DNA of 64,000 nucleotides from Oceanivirga miroungae (GTDB lineage Bacteria; Fusobacteriota; Fusobacteriia; Fusobacteriales; Leptotrichiaceae): NCBI RefSeq assembly GCF_902505095.1, contig NZ_CABWIB010000001.1, positions 570,688 to 634,687 of the forward strand, read 5' to 3'. Shown piece by piece: positions 43,842 to 54,854 of this stretch (position 1 is its first letter; each line of letters starts with the position of its first letter). The notes under the pieces were generated by a model. It saw only the letters and a program-made list of their open reading frames with translations, ran no database searches and was not told where the DNA came from. The position numbers and the translations under genes were made by a program.

Positions 43842-45146
43842 ATGAGAATAGTAGATTTAATACAGAAAAAAAGAGATAATATTGAATTAACAAAAGAAGA
43901 AATAGATTATTTCTTAGACGAAGTACAAAATAATAATATGCCAGATTATCAACTATCAAGTTTTTTAATGGCAACATATTTTAACGGTATGACAGATAAT
44001 GAGATGATAGAATTTACTAAAAAAATGAGAGATTCTGGGGATATTATTAAATTTGAAAAATTAAATAAATATTTAGTGGATAAACACAGTACAGGAGGAG
44101 TTGGAGATAAGGTTACAGTTGTATTAGCTCCAATAATAGCAGCTCTTGGTATGGGGACAACTAAATTATCTGGGCGTGGCTTAGGTCATACTGGGGGGAC
44201 TATTGATAAATTTGAATCAATTAAAGGATTTAAATTTTCAGGAACAAAAGAAGAAATACAAAAAATTGCAAATGCTTGTGGTATAGGTCTAATGGGATCT
44301 AGTGATAAAATAGTACCACTTGATAAAAAAATATATGCATTACGTGATGTTACAGCAACAGTTGCCTCTATTCCATTAATAGCTAGTAGTATAATGAGTA
44401 AAAAATTAGCGGTACAATCAGATGTAATAATACTAGATGTTAAAGTAGGCGATGGGGCATTTATGAAGGATATAAATAGTGCTTCTTTATTAGCTCAAGC
44501 TATGATAAAAATAGGAAAAGGTGTTGATAGAAAAACATACGCTATACTTACAAATATGGATGAACCGCTTGGTAAATCAATTGGAAATGCTGTTGAAATT
44601 ATAGAAGGAATAGAAGCATTAAAAGGAAATTATGAAGATGATTTATTTGAAGTAGTATCTGAAATTGCATCTTTAGCTATATTATCAAAGGGAGATATAA
44701 AAGATAAAAATGAAGCTAAAAAAATGGTTAAAGAAGTAATAGATAATAAAAAAGCACTAGAAAAATTAAAAGAATTTATTTCTAACTCTGGAGGAGATAA
44801 AGATATAGTTGATAATTATGAACTACTACCTAAGGCTAAAAATGAATATAAAGTTATATCTAAAAAAGCGGGTTATGTAGAAAAGATAAAAGCAGAAGAA
44901 ATTGGTCATGCAGCTATGATAATAGGAGCTGGTCGTAGAACAAAAGAAGATGAATTAGATTATGCAGCTGGTATAATTTTATCTAAAAAAGTATCAGATT
45001 ATGTTAAAGAGGGCGAAGTTTTAGCTACAATACTATATAATAATTCTGAAAGCTTAGAAGATTCAATAAACAATATATTAGATGCATATGTAATAAGTGA
45101 TAAAAAAGTAGAAAAACCAAAAAGTATTTTAAAAATCATAGAATAG
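43842..45146 (+). CDS. pdp: pyrimidine-nucleoside phosphorylase
   Basis: Glycosyl-transferase family 3: KHSTGGVGDK, SGRGLGHTGGTIDK. Confidence 0.9.
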   Translation: MRIVDLIQKKRDNIELTKEEIDYFLDEVQNNNMPDYQLSSFLMATYFNGMTDNEMIEFTKKMRDSGDIIKFEKLNKYLVDKHSTGGVGDKVTVVLAPIIAALGMGTTKLSGRGLGHTGGTIDKFESIKGFKFSGTKEEIQKIANACGIGLMGSSDKIVPLDKKIYALRDVTATVASIPLIASSIMSKKLAVQSDVIILDVKVGDGAFMKDINSASLLAQAMIKIGKGVDRKTYAILTNMDEPLGKSIGNAVEIIEGIEALKGNYEDDLFEVVSEIASLAILSKGDIKDKNEAKKMVKEVIDNKKALEKLKEFISNSGGDKDIVDNYELLPKAKNEYKVISKKAGYVEKIKAEEIGHAAMIIGAGRRTKEDELDYAAGIILSKKVSDYVKEGEVLATILYNNSESLEDSINNILDAYVISDKKVEKPKSILKIIE

Positions 45147-45155
45147 GGGTAGAAA

Positions 45156-45800
45156 ATGCAAATAAATAAATATATAGATCATACAATTTTAAAAGCAACA
45201 GCAACAAAAGCTGATATTGAAAAGTTATGTAATGAAGCAGTAAAATATGAATTTTATTCAGTGTGTGTGAATGGTGCTTATGTTTCTTATGCAAAAAGCT
45301 TAGTTAAAAATTCAGATGTATTAGTAGCAGCAGTTGTAGGTTTCCCATTAGGACAAATGACGACAGAAGCAAAAGTTTTTGAAGCTAAGGAAGCTATAGA
45401 AAATGGTGCAAGTGAAATAGATATGGTAATAAATATAGGGATGTTAAAAGATAGAGAATATGACTATGTTGAAAATGAAATAAGAAAAATAAAAGAAGCA
45501 ATAGGTGATAATGTATTAAAAGTAATTATTGAAACTTGTTATTTAACTGAAGAAGAAAAGAAAATTGCTTGTGAGTTATCATTAAATGCAAAGGCGGACT
45601 TTGTTAAGACTTCAACTGGTTTTGGAACAGGTGGAGCAACTTTTGAAGATGTTATTTTAATGAAGAGTATAGTAAAAGATAATGCAAAAGTAAAAGCAAG
45701 TGGTGGAGTAAAAGATTATGAAACAGCTAAAAAATATATAGAATTAGGAGCTAGTAGATTAGGGACTTCATCAGGAATTAGTATAGTAGAAAAAAAATAA
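45156..45800 (+). CDS. deoC: deoxyribose-phosphate aldolase
   Basis: IDHTILKATAT...VCVN...VKTSTGFG Schiff-base lysine region. Confidence 0.9.
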   Translation: MQINKYIDHTILKATATKADIEKLCNEAVKYEFYSVCVNGAYVSYAKSLVKNSDVLVAAVVGFPLGQMTTEAKVFEAKEAIENGASEIDMVINIGMLKDREYDYVENEIRKIKEAIGDNVLKVIIETCYLTEEEKKIACELSLNAKADFVKTSTGFGTGGATFEDVILMKSIVKDNAKVKASGGVKDYETAKKYIELGASRLGTSSGISIVEKK

Positions 45801-45818
45801 TATAGGGGGGAAATAACT

Positions 45819-46529
45819 ATGGCAACACCACATTTAGGTGCAAAAAAAGGAGATATAGCTGAAATTGTATTATTACCAGGAGATCCATTAAGAGCAAAAT
45901 ATATTGCAGAAACTTTCTTAGAAGATGTTATACAATATAACGAAGTAAGAGGAATGCTAGGATTTACAGGAACTTATAAAGGAAAAAGAGTTTCTGTTCA
46001 AGGAACAGGAATGGGAGTGCCATCTATTGGTATATATACTCATGAATTAATAAATGAATATGGATGTAAGGTGCTAATGAGAGTAGGTACAGCAGGAAGT
46101 ATGCAAGAAGACGTTAAAATAAGAGATGTTGTTTTAGCTATGTCAGCAAGTACAGATTCAAATATTAATAAATTAAGATTTAATGGTGCTGATTATGCTC
46201 CAACAGCAGATGGTGAGTTATTTATAAAAGCATATGAAGTAGCTAAAAAAAGAGGATTAAATGTAAAAGCTGGAAGTGTATTAACTAGTGATACTTTCTA
46301 TGGAGATGACATGGATTCTTGGAAAAAATGGGCAAAATTTGGAGTAACTTGTGTTGAAATGGAAACTGCACAACTATATACAACTGCTAGTAAATTTGGA
46401 GTTAAAGCATTAACTTTTCTTACAATAAGTGATTCATTGGTAACACATGAAGCAACAAGTGCTGAAGAAAGACAATTAACATTTAATGATATGATAATAA
46501 CTGCATTAGAGACTGCAATAACATTGTAG
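45819..46529 (+). CDS. deoD: purine nucleoside phosphorylase DeoD-type
   Basis: [31 protein letters not shown]..., [17 protein letters not shown]. Confidence 0.9.
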   Translation: MATPHLGAKKGDIAEIVLLPGDPLRAKYIAETFLEDVIQYNEVRGMLGFTGTYKGKRVSVQGTGMGVPSIGIYTHELINEYGCKVLMRVGTAGSMQEDVKIRDVVLAMSASTDSNINKLRFNGADYAPTADGELFIKAYEVAKKRGLNVKAGSVLTSDTFYGDDMDSWKKWAKFGVTCVEMETAQLYTTASKFGVKALTFLTISDSLVTHEATSAEERQLTFNDMIITALETAITL

Positions 46530-46537
46530 GTGTTAAT

Positions 46538-46924
46538 ATGGAAGAAAAAGATATAAAAAAAAGGCTAGTAGAGCTTTTAGAAAAATCATATTCACCATAT
46601 TCTAATTTTCCAGTTGCATCTATTGTAATTGATGAAAATGATAATTATTATGAGGGTGTAAATGTAGAAAATAAGGCATATCCTTCTTCACTATGTGCTG
46701 AAAGAAATGCAATAACTACAGCTATAACAGGTGGAATGAAAAAAATAAAAAAAATATATGTAATAGCTGATATAGATATACCTATAAGTCCTTGTGGAGC
46801 TTGTAGACAAGTAATGTCAGAATTTTCAACAAAAGATACTGAAATCATCTTATATGGAACTAAAACAGATGACGAGTTAAGATATAATGAAGAAGAAATT
46901 CTTCCTTATAGCTTTAAACTATAA
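46538..46924 (+). CDS. cdd: cytidine deaminase
   Basis: Zinc motifs CAERNAI and SPCGACRQ. Confidence 0.9.
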   Translation: MEEKDIKKRLVELLEKSYSPYSNFPVASIVIDENDNYYEGVNVENKAYPSSLCAERNAITTAITGGMKKIKKIYVIADIDIPISPCGACRQVMSEFSTKDTEIILYGTKTDDELRYNEEEILPYSFKL

Positions 46925-46930
46925 TTATAA

Positions 46931-46969
46931 AAGCAAGTAAATAGTATATTCTATTTATTTGCTTTTTTA
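46931..46969 (+). terminator. rho-independent terminator after cdd
   Basis: AAGCAAGTAAATAG-tatattc-CTATTTATTTGCTT + TTTTT. Confidence 0.65.
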
Positions 46970-47137
46970 GTTAAAAAAAATTAGATAATATATTTTTATA
47001 AAGCAAAATAAGTTACTAGAAAAGAATTATTAAGTTAACTAGATTAAAAAATATAAAAATGTATAAATTAAAATGAAATAATATTTTTTATTATGGTATA
47101 TATTACATAGAGGATTTTTTCTTGTTAGGAGAATGTT

Positions 47138-49528
47138 ATGTATATTAAGTATAATAAAATTATTGCGCTACTATTTATTTTATCAAGTTTTATTAGTAAA
47201 GCTTCATTTAAAGTTATGTACCATGAAAGTGACACATATATGTGTGGACTTACAAATTATGAAACAGGTGAGGGTCCAGAATTTTGCCCATATGAAAAAG
47301 ATTATGAAGAATATCCAGATGCAAATGTAAGATCTGGACTTTCAACATTACATAGTTATCCCATTTTATATAAGGATGAGGAAATGAGATTAGAAGATGT
47401 TTTAAAAGATGAAAATTTAATAAATATGAGATTAATTTTAAAAGCGGATACTAGAACATTGGGTGAAAAAACCTATATTTTCTTAGGTGATTTTATTGGA
47501 GGTATGAAGAAAATAAAAGGTACAGCTATGGTAATAGATAAGCCTTGGGTTAAATACAAAGAAAAAAGATATGTTGGTAAGAATAGCGATATTGATGTAA
47601 ATAATCTTATCGAAAAAATAACACCTACCAGTGGTTTAGTTGAAAGTAGTAGATATTATGCAAAATTAGATAATGAGGTTGATACTACAACTACTGGTAA
47701 AAAAAATGTAAAAATCGCAATATATGATAGAGTAAGTAAAAGAAAATTAGCAGGTTATTCAACTACAGTTTTAGTGTTAAAATCTATTGAGTGGAAAGAT
47801 AATATTGAAATATATAAAGGTGAGGATATAAATTTAGAAGATATTATAGAAAGTTATAATATTCCAAGTGGATATACAATACAAATAGATAAATCAAGTG
47901 GTATAAGTAATCCGTTAAAATTAAATATAAAAACAGATACAAATGATAATTATACTGTAGATTTAGATATAAATATTTTAGAGGAGCCAGTTATTGATTA
48001 TAGAAATTTAACAATATATAAAGATACTGTAGATATAACAAAAAAAGCTACAGAACTTATAAAAAATATGAGTGTTGATTTAAATAATACTTATCCAAAT
48101 AGATATACAATAAGTTTAAAAGAGGTATCAAATGTAGACACATTAGGGAATGTAGTATTTAAGTATGAAATTATAGATACAGTAAAAAATAAAAGATTTA
48201 CAAAAGATATAAATATAAGTGTAGTAAATGAAGAAATAACGCCTAATTTTACTACTGGGAATGAATTTTTATTAGGTGAAAATATTGATATAGATAAAAT
48301 ATTACCCGGTATAGATAGAGAAAAATATGATGTGGTAATAAAAAATAAAGAAAGTTTAAACTTAAATGAAAATGGAAATAAAGAAGTTTTAATAAATATA
48401 ATATCAAAAGAAACTGGTAAAATATTTGAATATAGAGTGAATCTTAATTATGTTTTAAAAGAAGTAAAATTAGATGATTTAATTTTTGAAGAATATGAAA
48501 ATATTGATGAAACTAAAGTATCAGAAATACTAAGTTCTAAGCTTTCTAAATATGAAAAATATGAAATTATTGAAAAAAAAGATGATTTAATAAAGGTAAA
48601 ACTATTTTATAAAAATGGTGGATATGAAATAGGAAATGTTCATGTAAAAAGAACAGAAAACAAAGCAATAAAAGAATATTTTGATATAAGTTCTTCAAAT
48701 AAATATGGTAAAATAAGTGAGTTAACTAATATTTCTAGTAAATTATTAAATAGAATAGCAGATATAGATAGTAATGAGAAAATTCATAATTTCTGGATAA
48801 GTCAAAATGATACTTTTAATAATGATTATAATAAAAAAGCATTAAATAATACTTTTGGAATCAAGCTTGGCTATGATTATTTAATAGCTAAAAAAAATAC
48901 TATAGTTGGTACATATTTAACATATAACTATAAAAAAAATAAAAAATATAATATGAATGAGTTTAATGTTTCTGCATATTTTTCATATAGACCAAGTGAT
49001 AAAATATCAGTAGCTTCTATACTAGAATATTCATATAATAAGGCTAAGTTAAGACTAAGTGAAAAAGAATATGATTACAACAAAAATGACTTTCTAGTTA
49101 ATGCTTTTATAAACTATAATTATAGAGTTAAAAATGATTTAAATATATTTTTTGTTTTAGGAGATAGTTTAATATTTAATTTGAAAGATAATATAGCAAA
49201 TAATATAAATGAAATAAAAGTAAAAAGTGATTTTGCTAATGAAATATATTCTAATGTAGAAATATCTAAACTTTTTGGCAAAAAAATAAAATTAAGTTTT
49301 GGTCTTAAAGCAGGTGCATATTATGAAATGCTAGATTTTAATTTTAACAAAAAAGAAGAAAAAGAAAATAAATTAAGTGCAATAGTATCACCAAGCATAT
49401 CTTTTGACTATAAGATAACTGATAATATAATCATTTCATTAAAAGAAATATTGTCATATAAAACTAAAAAGAATTTAGAATATAAATTAAATGTTGATAT
49501 TTCATTTAAACTAGGGGATAGAAAGTAG
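47138..49528 (+). CDS. type Va autotransporter-like outer membrane protein (passenger + C-terminal beta-barrel)
   Basis: Signal peptide MYIKYNKIIALLFILSSFISKASF. C-terminal ~280 aa of alternating beta strands (TFGIKLGYDYLIAK..., YKLNVDISFKLG) typical of an autotransporter translocator domain. Confidence 0.65.
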   Translation: MYIKYNKIIALLFILSSFISKASFKVMYHESDTYMCGLTNYETGEGPEFCPYEKDYEEYPDANVRSGLSTLHSYPILYKDEEMRLEDVLKDENLINMRLILKADTRTLGEKTYIFLGDFIGGMKKIKGTAMVIDKPWVKYKEKRYVGKNSDIDVNNLIEKITPTSGLVESSRYYAKLDNEVDTTTTGKKNVKIAIYDRVSKRKLAGYSTTVLVLKSIEWKDNIEIYKGEDINLEDIIESYNIPSGYTIQIDKSSGISNPLKLNIKTDTNDNYTVDLDINILEEPVIDYRNLTIYKDTVDITKKATELIKNMSVDLNNTYPNRYTISLKEVSNVDTLGNVVFKYEIIDTVKNKRFTKDINISVVNEEITPNFTTGNEFLLGENIDIDKILPGIDREKYDVVIKNKESLNLNENGNKEVLINIISKETGKIFEYRVNLNYVLKEVKLDDLIFEEYENIDETKVSEILSSKLSKYEKYEIIEKKDDLIKVKLFYKNGGYEIGNVHVKRTENKAIKEYFDISSSNKYGKISELTNISSKLLNRIADIDSNEKIHNFWISQNDTFNNDYNKKALNNTFGIKLGYDYLIAKKNTIVGTYLTYNYKKNKKYNMNEFNVSAYFSYRPSDKISVASILEYSYNKAKLRLSEKEYDYNKNDFLVNAFINYNYRVKNDLNIFFVLGDSLIFNLKDNIANNINEIKVKSDFANEIYSNVEISKLFGKKIKLSFGLKAGAYYEMLDFNFNKKEEKENKLSAIVSPSISFDYKITDNIIISLKEILSYKTKKNLEYKLNVDISFKLGDRK

Positions 49529-49587
49529 TGAGAGTATTTTGACAAAGCCTTAGGTAAAAATATATAATATACATATGAAAAAAGAGG

Positions 49588-50130
49588 GTGTATATTATGT
49601 TAGAACTTATAAAAATAGATAAAAAAGATGAATCTAGTATAAATTATATTGAAAATATAATAAAGAATAATTTTGATGAAAATGAGTACAGAGATTCGTA
49701 TGAACTTTATAACTACTCATTAAAAAAAGATGAATTTATAGCTTTTTATATAAAGTATAATAATGAAGTTGTAGGAATAATAAATACATGGAATCTAGGG
49801 GAGTGTATTTATGTGGAACATTTTGTAATAGAAAAAGAGTATAGAAATAAATCACTTGGATCTAAAAGTTTAGAACTTTTGAAAAATACTTTTAATAAAA
49901 ATATAATATTAGAAGTTAATGTTGAAAATACTGATGTTGATAAAAAAAGAATTACTTTTTATAAAAAAAATGGGTTTAAAATACTTGATATTAAATATTA
50001 TCAAGAAGCATACTCAGATAATAAAAATAAGATTGAGATGTACTTAATGTCAACTAAAGAATTTGAAAAAAAATTATTAGATAATGTAGTTAAAAAATTA
50101 AAAAAACTTGTATATAAGATAGGAGATTAG
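49588..50130 (+). CDS. GNAT-family N-acetyltransferase
   Basis: Acetyl-CoA binding block HFVIEKEYRNKSLGSKSLELL. Confidence 0.7.
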   Translation: MYIMLELIKIDKKDESSINYIENIIKNNFDENEYRDSYELYNYSLKKDEFIAFYIKYNNEVVGIINTWNLGECIYVEHFVIEKEYRNKSLGSKSLELLKNTFNKNIILEVNVENTDVDKKRITFYKKNGFKILDIKYYQEAYSDNKNKIEMYLMSTKEFEKKLLDNVVKKLKKLVYKIGD

Positions 50131-50131
50131 A

Positions 50132-52207
50132 GTGCAAAAAAAAGTATATAAGGTAGAAAATATGTCATGTGCAAGTTGTGTTAATATTATAGAAACAACT
50201 TTAGAAAAAAAAGGATACAAAGCAAAAGTGAACTTAATATCTGAAAAAATGGTAGTATATCTAGAAAACGAAGATAAAGAATTAAAAAGTATTATGAGTA
50301 AAATAGGATATGATATAAAAGATTCAAAGGATAATGAAGAGCCAAAAAAAGAAGTGCCAATACTAAAACTATTAACTCTTTTTATATTCATGATAGTTAT
50401 AATGTTAAAAATTCCAATTTCATTTAAGTTGATAATTTCAAGTATAAGTATATTTTTGTGTAGAGAAATTTTAATAGATGGATATAAAAAAACAGTAAGT
50501 TTGAAATTTAATATGTATTCTTTAATTTTAATAGGAGTTATGTCAGCATATTTATATAGCATAGTTATGATGTATAATTCTAGATTTGATAGACTATATT
50601 TTGATGGAATTTCTGTTATCTTATTTGTTATAAGTTTAGGTAATCAGATTGAAGCGAAATTAAAGAAAAATACAAAAGAAAGTATAGAAAAAATAACACA
50701 GTTACTACCAAGTCACTGTAATATATTGGTAAATAATGAAATAATAAAAATAGAAACTAAAAATCTAAAAGTAGATGATATACTAGTTGTAAAAGAAGGT
50801 GAAGTTGTAGCTTCAGATGGAATAGTGGTAAGTGGTATAGCATTAGTAAATGAAAGCTCTATTACAGGAGAAAGTAAAGATATTGAAAAAATAAAAGACG
50901 ATAATATAATAGGAAGTAGTGTAATAACTAAAGGGCAAGTAAATGTAAAAATTAAAAGTGTTGGTGAAAATACAGTAGTATCTAAAATAGCTAGTATGAT
51001 GGAAATGACTCAACTTATAAAACCTAATATAGCAAGATTTGCAGATAAAGTTGCTATGTATTTTGTGCCAGGAGTCTTAATTATAGCTACAATAACTGGA
51101 GTTTTATGGTATTTACTTACAAAGGATTTAGAAAAAGCATTTAATAATTTTGCAAGTGTAATACTAATATCATGTCCTTGTTCAATTGGACTTGCCACAC
51201 CTGCTTCGATTTCACTAGGAGGATTATTGCTATCTAAAAGACATATTTTGATAAAAAATCCAGAAGCTTTGGAAATCGGGTATAAAATAACAGATGTAGT
51301 TATGGATAAAACTGGTACATTAACTAATGGAACTCCAGTAGTTAGCGATATTATGCTAGATAAAAACTACTACAATGATATATATAGCATAGAAAAGTAT
51401 ATAGAACATCCAATATCTAACGCAATCTGTAATTATTTAGAAGCTAAGACTAATATAACTTTTAGTGAGAAAAAAGTTAGAAATTTTCAGGGTTTAGGAG
51501 TATTTTCTGAATCATATTTAATTGGAAATAGAAATCTTATGACAAGAAGAAATATTGATGTTAGTAAATATGAAAAAGAGTATGAAAAGTTTTCAAATCA
51601 AGGTAAAACCTTCATATTTATAGCAAAAGATAAAGATTTAATAGGTTATATAACTATAATAGACGATATAAAAGATAGTAGCCTTGAATTTATAACATAC
51701 CTTAAAAATAACAATATGAAAGCATATATGTTAACTGGTGATAATAAAATGACAGCAAGATATATTGCTGATAAATTAGGCATAAAAGAACTTAGTGCAG
51801 AGGTATTACCTTATGAAAAAGTAGAATTTATTGAAAAAGTAAAAACACATGATAATTTTGTTGCCATGGTAGGAGATGGCGTAAATGATGCAGCTGCATT
51901 AAAGGCTTCTGATATAGGATTTTGTGTATCTAATGCATCTGATATTAGTTTAAAAGCAGCCGATGTTATATTGCTAAAAAATGATTTAAATGATATAATT
52001 AAATTCAAAAATATAAGTTACATAACAATGAAAAATATTAAAGAAAATCTATTTTTTGGATTTATATACAATGTATTTGGTATTGTTATTGCAACAGGGG
52101 TATTAGGTATAGAATTAACTCCGACAATAGCTTCAATTTGTATGGTATGTAGTTCAATATCAGTATTATTAAATTCAATAAGATTAAAATTATACAAGGG
52201 GGATTAA
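50132..52207 (+). CDS. copA: heavy-metal (copper)-translocating P1B-type ATPase
   Basis: N-terminal HMA MSCASCV; CPC transmembrane motif (SCPCSIGLATP); DKTGTLT; GDGVNDAAAL. GTG start. Confidence 0.9.
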   Translation: MQKKVYKVENMSCASCVNIIETTLEKKGYKAKVNLISEKMVVYLENEDKELKSIMSKIGYDIKDSKDNEEPKKEVPILKLLTLFIFMIVIMLKIPISFKLIISSISIFLCREILIDGYKKTVSLKFNMYSLILIGVMSAYLYSIVMMYNSRFDRLYFDGISVILFVISLGNQIEAKLKKNTKESIEKITQLLPSHCNILVNNEIIKIETKNLKVDDILVVKEGEVVASDGIVVSGIALVNESSITGESKDIEKIKDDNIIGSSVITKGQVNVKIKSVGENTVVSKIASMMEMTQLIKPNIARFADKVAMYFVPGVLIIATITGVLWYLLTKDLEKAFNNFASVILISCPCSIGLATPASISLGGLLLSKRHILIKNPEALEIGYKITDVVMDKTGTLTNGTPVVSDIMLDKNYYNDIYSIEKYIEHPISNAICNYLEAKTNITFSEKKVRNFQGLGVFSESYLIGNRNLMTRRNIDVSKYEKEYEKFSNQGKTFIFIAKDKDLIGYITIIDDIKDSSLEFITYLKNNNMKAYMLTGDNKMTARYIADKLGIKELSAEVLPYEKVEFIEKVKTHDNFVAMVGDGVNDAAALKASDIGFCVSNASDISLKAADVILLKNDLNDIIKFKNISYITMKNIKENLFFGFIYNVFGIVIATGVLGIELTPTIASICMVCSSISVLLNSIRLKLYKGD

Positions 52208-53748
52208 TGAAAGAGATTAAAGATAAAATCTTAATTATAGACTATGGTTCACAGTACAGCCAATTAATTGCAAGAAGAATAAGAGAATTAGAAGTATATT
52301 GTGAAATTACAGGGGATACAAGTATTGAAAATATCGACGAAAGTGTAAAAGGTATAATATTTTCGGGTGGACCTGCATCTGTTTATGAAAAGGATGCTCC
52401 TAGTATAGATAAAAAAGTGTTCGATCTTAATATACCTATTTTAGGTATATGTTATGGAATGCAATTGATAACACATTTAAATGAAGGTACTGTAGAAAAA
52501 TCAGATAAAAGAGAATTCGGACCAGCAGTATTAGAAATATTAGAAGATAATATATTATTTGATTCTATTCCTAAAAATACTAATGTATGGATGAGTCATG
52601 GCGATCACATTACAAAAATGGGTAAAGGATTTAGAAAAATAGCAGGAACTAGTTCATCTAATGCTGCAATAGCTAATGATAATAATGTATATGCACTGCA
52701 ATTTCACCCAGAAGTATCACATTCAGAATATGGAATGAAAATGATAGAAAACTTTGTATTTAAAGTTTGTAAAATGGAAAAAAACTGGATAATGAAAGAC
52801 TTTATAGAAGAAAAAGTGAAAGAAATAAAAGAGAAAACAAAAGGAGAAAAAGTTTTACTTGGACTATCTGGTGGAGTTGATTCGTCAGTTGCTGCAGCTT
52901 TAATCAATAAAGCAATATCAAAAGATTTAGTTTGTGTATTTGTTGATACTGGACTTTTAAGAAAAGATGAAGCTAAAAAAGTAAAAAAACAATATGAAGA
53001 ATTAAATGGATTAAATATAGTATATGTTGATGCTAAAAAAAGATTTTTAGATAAGCTAAAAGGTGTAAAAGATCCAGAAGCTAAAAGAAAAATAATAGGT
53101 CGTGAATTTATAGAAGTATTTAATGAAGAAGCTAAAAAATTAAAAGAAGATAAGGAAATAAAATTCTTAGCACAAGGTACAATTTATCCAGATGTTATAG
53201 AATCAGTTTCAGTAAAAGGACCTTCACATACAATAAAATCACATCATAATGTTGGTGGATTACCAGAAGATTTAAAATTTGAGATAATAGAGCCTCTAAG
53301 AGAATTATTTAAAGACGAAGTTAGAAAATTAGGTTATAGATTAGGTTTATCAAAAGAAATAGTAGGAAGACATCCATTCCCAGGGCCTGGTTTAGGTATT
53401 AGAGTAATAGAAGAAGTGACAGAAGAAAAAGTAAGACTATTACAAGAAGCAGATGAAATATTCATAGAAGAATTAATAAAAAATGATTTATATGATAAAG
53501 TATCACAAGCTTTTGTTACAATATTACCGGTAAAAACAGTTGGAGTTATGGGAGATGTTAGAACATACGAATATGTTGTTTCATTAAGATCAGTTAATAC
53601 TATTGATTTTATGACAGCAAAATGGTCTAGATTACCATATGAATTATTAGAAACAGTAGCAACTAGAATAACAAATGAAGTAAGAGGAGTTAATAGAGTT
53701 GTATATGATATTACCTCTAAGCCATCTGGGACTATAGAGTGGGAATAA
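52207..53748 (+). CDS. guaA: GMP synthase (glutamine-hydrolysing)
   Basis: GATase (ILGICYGMQL, catalytic Cys), PP-loop SGGVDSSV, C-terminal dimerisation domain. Confidence 0.95.
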   Translation: MKEIKDKILIIDYGSQYSQLIARRIRELEVYCEITGDTSIENIDESVKGIIFSGGPASVYEKDAPSIDKKVFDLNIPILGICYGMQLITHLNEGTVEKSDKREFGPAVLEILEDNILFDSIPKNTNVWMSHGDHITKMGKGFRKIAGTSSSNAAIANDNNVYALQFHPEVSHSEYGMKMIENFVFKVCKMEKNWIMKDFIEEKVKEIKEKTKGEKVLLGLSGGVDSSVAAALINKAISKDLVCVFVDTGLLRKDEAKKVKKQYEELNGLNIVYVDAKKRFLDKLKGVKDPEAKRKIIGREFIEVFNEEAKKLKEDKEIKFLAQGTIYPDVIESVSVKGPSHTIKSHHNVGGLPEDLKFEIIEPLRELFKDEVRKLGYRLGLSKEIVGRHPFPGPGLGIRVIEEVTEEKVRLLQEADEIFIEELIKNDLYDKVSQAFVTILPVKTVGVMGDVRTYEYVVSLRSVNTIDFMTAKWSRLPYELLETVATRITNEVRGVNRVVYDITSKPSGTIEWE

Positions 53749-53804
53749 TAAAAAACGCTATAAAATGAGTGTAAAATCAAGTTGAGGGAAGAACAATAAT
53801 ATCC

Positions 53805-53880
53805 ACCCTGTATTTAATATAGAGTGGATTTTTATATAAATATATTGTTTTATTGAAAATAAAAATTTTAGGTGTTATAA
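53805..53880 (+). repeat. copy 1 of a ~75-bp repeated intergenic unit (terminator-like hairpin + TGTTTTATTGAAAATAAA box)
   Basis: CCACCCTGTAT-ttaat-ATAGAGTGG + TTTTT, then ...TGTTTTATTGAAAATAAA. Near-identical copy at 54740-54830. Confidence 0.6.
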
Positions 53881-53916
53881 TTTTATTAAAGATACTGTAA
53901 AAGGAGGAGGATTAAT

Positions 53917-54696
53917 ATTAATAAATTAAAAAAATATTTAGATTTTTTTAATTATAAAAGACCATTAGAATCTAATATAATAGAGAAAATAGAAGATCAT
54001 TTAAAAACAGATTATATTTATAATTCCAATGCAATTGAAGGTAATACATTAACTTATAATGAAACAAAAGTAATTTTAGAATATGGAGTTACAGTAAAAG
54101 GGAAATCTTTAAATGAACATTTAGAAGTTAAAGGACAAGAATATGCATTAAATTTTTTAAAAGAAATTATTAAAGAAAATGAAGAAATGAATATTAAAAT
54201 TATAAAAGATTTTCACCATTTAATATTAGCTCCTAATAATATTGAGATTGCAGGTATCTTTAAAAAAACACCTAATTTTATAGGTGGTTCAGAAACTAAA
54301 ACTGTATCTCCTTTTGAAGTTGAAAATGAACTTAATAAATTAATAAAAAAATATAAAGAATCTGATGAAGATATAATATCTAAGGTTTCAAAATTTCATG
54401 CAGATTTTGAAAAAATCCACCCTTTTGTTGATGGTAATGGAAGGACAGGAAGACTACTTATGAATATGGAATTGATGAAAAATGGTTATCCAATATGTAT
54501 TATTGAAAATAAGGATAGATTAGAATATTATAATAGTTTAGAGTTAGCACAAACTAAAAATGATTATAGTAAAATTATTTCTTTTATAGAAAAAAATTTA
54601 GAAAATACTTTTGAAATGTACTTTAATCATATAAGCAATGATTGGAAAAAAGAGTTTAAAGAATGGGAAAATTTAAATGAAAAAAAACTAATATAA
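53917..54696 (+). CDS. Fic-family protein (canonical HPFxDGNGRxxR motif); start codon non-canonical or unresolved
   Basis: HPFVDGNGRTGRLL at aa ~75 of the ORF-track product. The frame is open back to 53890 and encodes the conserved Fic N-terminal region (NSNAIEGNTLTYNETK). No ATG/GTG/TTG in frame before 54187; ATT at 53917 sits 9 nt after AGGAGG. Confidence 0.6.
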   Translation: MNKLKKYLDFFNYKRPLESNIIEKIEDHLKTDYIYNSNAIEGNTLTYNETKVILEYGVTVKGKSLNEHLEVKGQEYALNFLKEIIKENEEMNIKIIKDFHHLILAPNNIEIAGIFKKTPNFIGGSETKTVSPFEVENELNKLIKKYKESDEDIISKVSKFHADFEKIHPFVDGNGRTGRLLMNMELMKNGYPICIIENKDRLEYYNSLELAQTKNDYSKIISFIEKNLENTFEMYFNHISNDWKKEFKEWENLNEKKLI

Positions 54697-54739
54697 GTAA
54701 ATGGACAAGTAAAGATAAAGAAGAAAAAGATAGATGAAA

Positions 54740-54830
54740 ATATTCCACCCTATATTTAATATAGAGTGGAATTTTTTATAAAAAAATATTATATAAATAT
54801 AGTGTTTTATTGAAAATAAAGAATATATAT
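54740..54830 (+). repeat. copy 2 of the repeated intergenic unit
   Basis: TTCCACCCTATAT-ttaat-ATAGAGTGGAA + TTTTTT, then TGTTTTATTGAAAATAAA. Confidence 0.6.
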
Positions 54831-54854
54831 GATAAAATTAATTTATGAATTGAG

